NCBI RefSeq assembly: GCF_009914755.1
Contig: NC_060928.1
DNA length: 64,000 nucleotides
DNA from: the human T2T-CHM13v2.0 reference genome, Homo sapiens
Direction: 5' to 3' (one strand)
The notes under the pieces: model-generated
The model's database searches: none
Told to the model about the DNA's origin: nothing
Seen by the model: only the letters and a program-made list of their open reading frames with translations
Shown here: piece by piece, positions 63,738-64,000 of the stretch
Numbering within the stretch: position 1 is the first letter of the stretch
Layout of the letters: each line of letters starts with the position of its first letter
Position numbers and translations under genes: made by a program

Positions 63738-64000
63738 CTAAAATTCCACAAAATGAGGACACATTACAAAATCATGGTGTGGAGGGAAAAAAATGAAGTC
63801 ACAAGTGACAGCATTGAAAAGATGTACACTGACAACCCTTAACAAACCTCCACAAACATTTGTTGAGCTCCTGGTACATGCCAAGCTTTGTGTCAGATAC
63901 TGGTGGACAAGACAGACCAAGTAGCTTACATTCTGGTGTGTTGTGTCCACTTGAATTCTGTGTCCTTGTGTCAGAGACTCTGTGGCTCTTCTACTCAAAC

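Noticed and set aside
63931-63991. Second cryptic exon candidate in intron 3 with GTAAG donor
   Set aside because: Poor polypyrimidine tract, adjoins an L2 relic, no supporting knowledge

Overview
Human (primate) genomic DNA that I recognise as chr4q22.1. The right end holds the 3' half of HSD17B13 (liver lipid-droplet short-chain dehydrogenase) on the minus strand: coding exons 4-7 (aa 151-300, including catalytic S172 and the YxxxK motif Y185/K189), a 72-nt GC-AG cassette exon in intron 3, and an Alu-containing 3' UTR ending near 50826. The exon 6 donor is the intact, non-rs72613567:TA allele. A perfect 40-bp inverted repeat at 47530-47620 is the MIR5705 hairpin. Bases 1-47500 are intergenic (towards KLHL8, from recall) and dominated by transposable elements: Alus (about 40 in the whole window), L1/L2/MIR relics, a full-length THE1, a near-full MSTA, solo ERV LTRs, Tigger2/Tigger3 and a truncated HERV-K(HML-8/MER11) provirus with an env remnant. 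Almost all ORFs in the supplied track are Alu/LTR artefacts. I found no convincing novel multi-gene system. The best leads are regulatory or RNA-structural: a MER41 LTR with intact tandem STAT (GAS) sites inside HSD17B13, the TTAA-flanked perfect palindrome, the GC-donor exon and a young inverted AluY. Repeat subfamily names are from recall and Alu/LINE boundaries are approximate.
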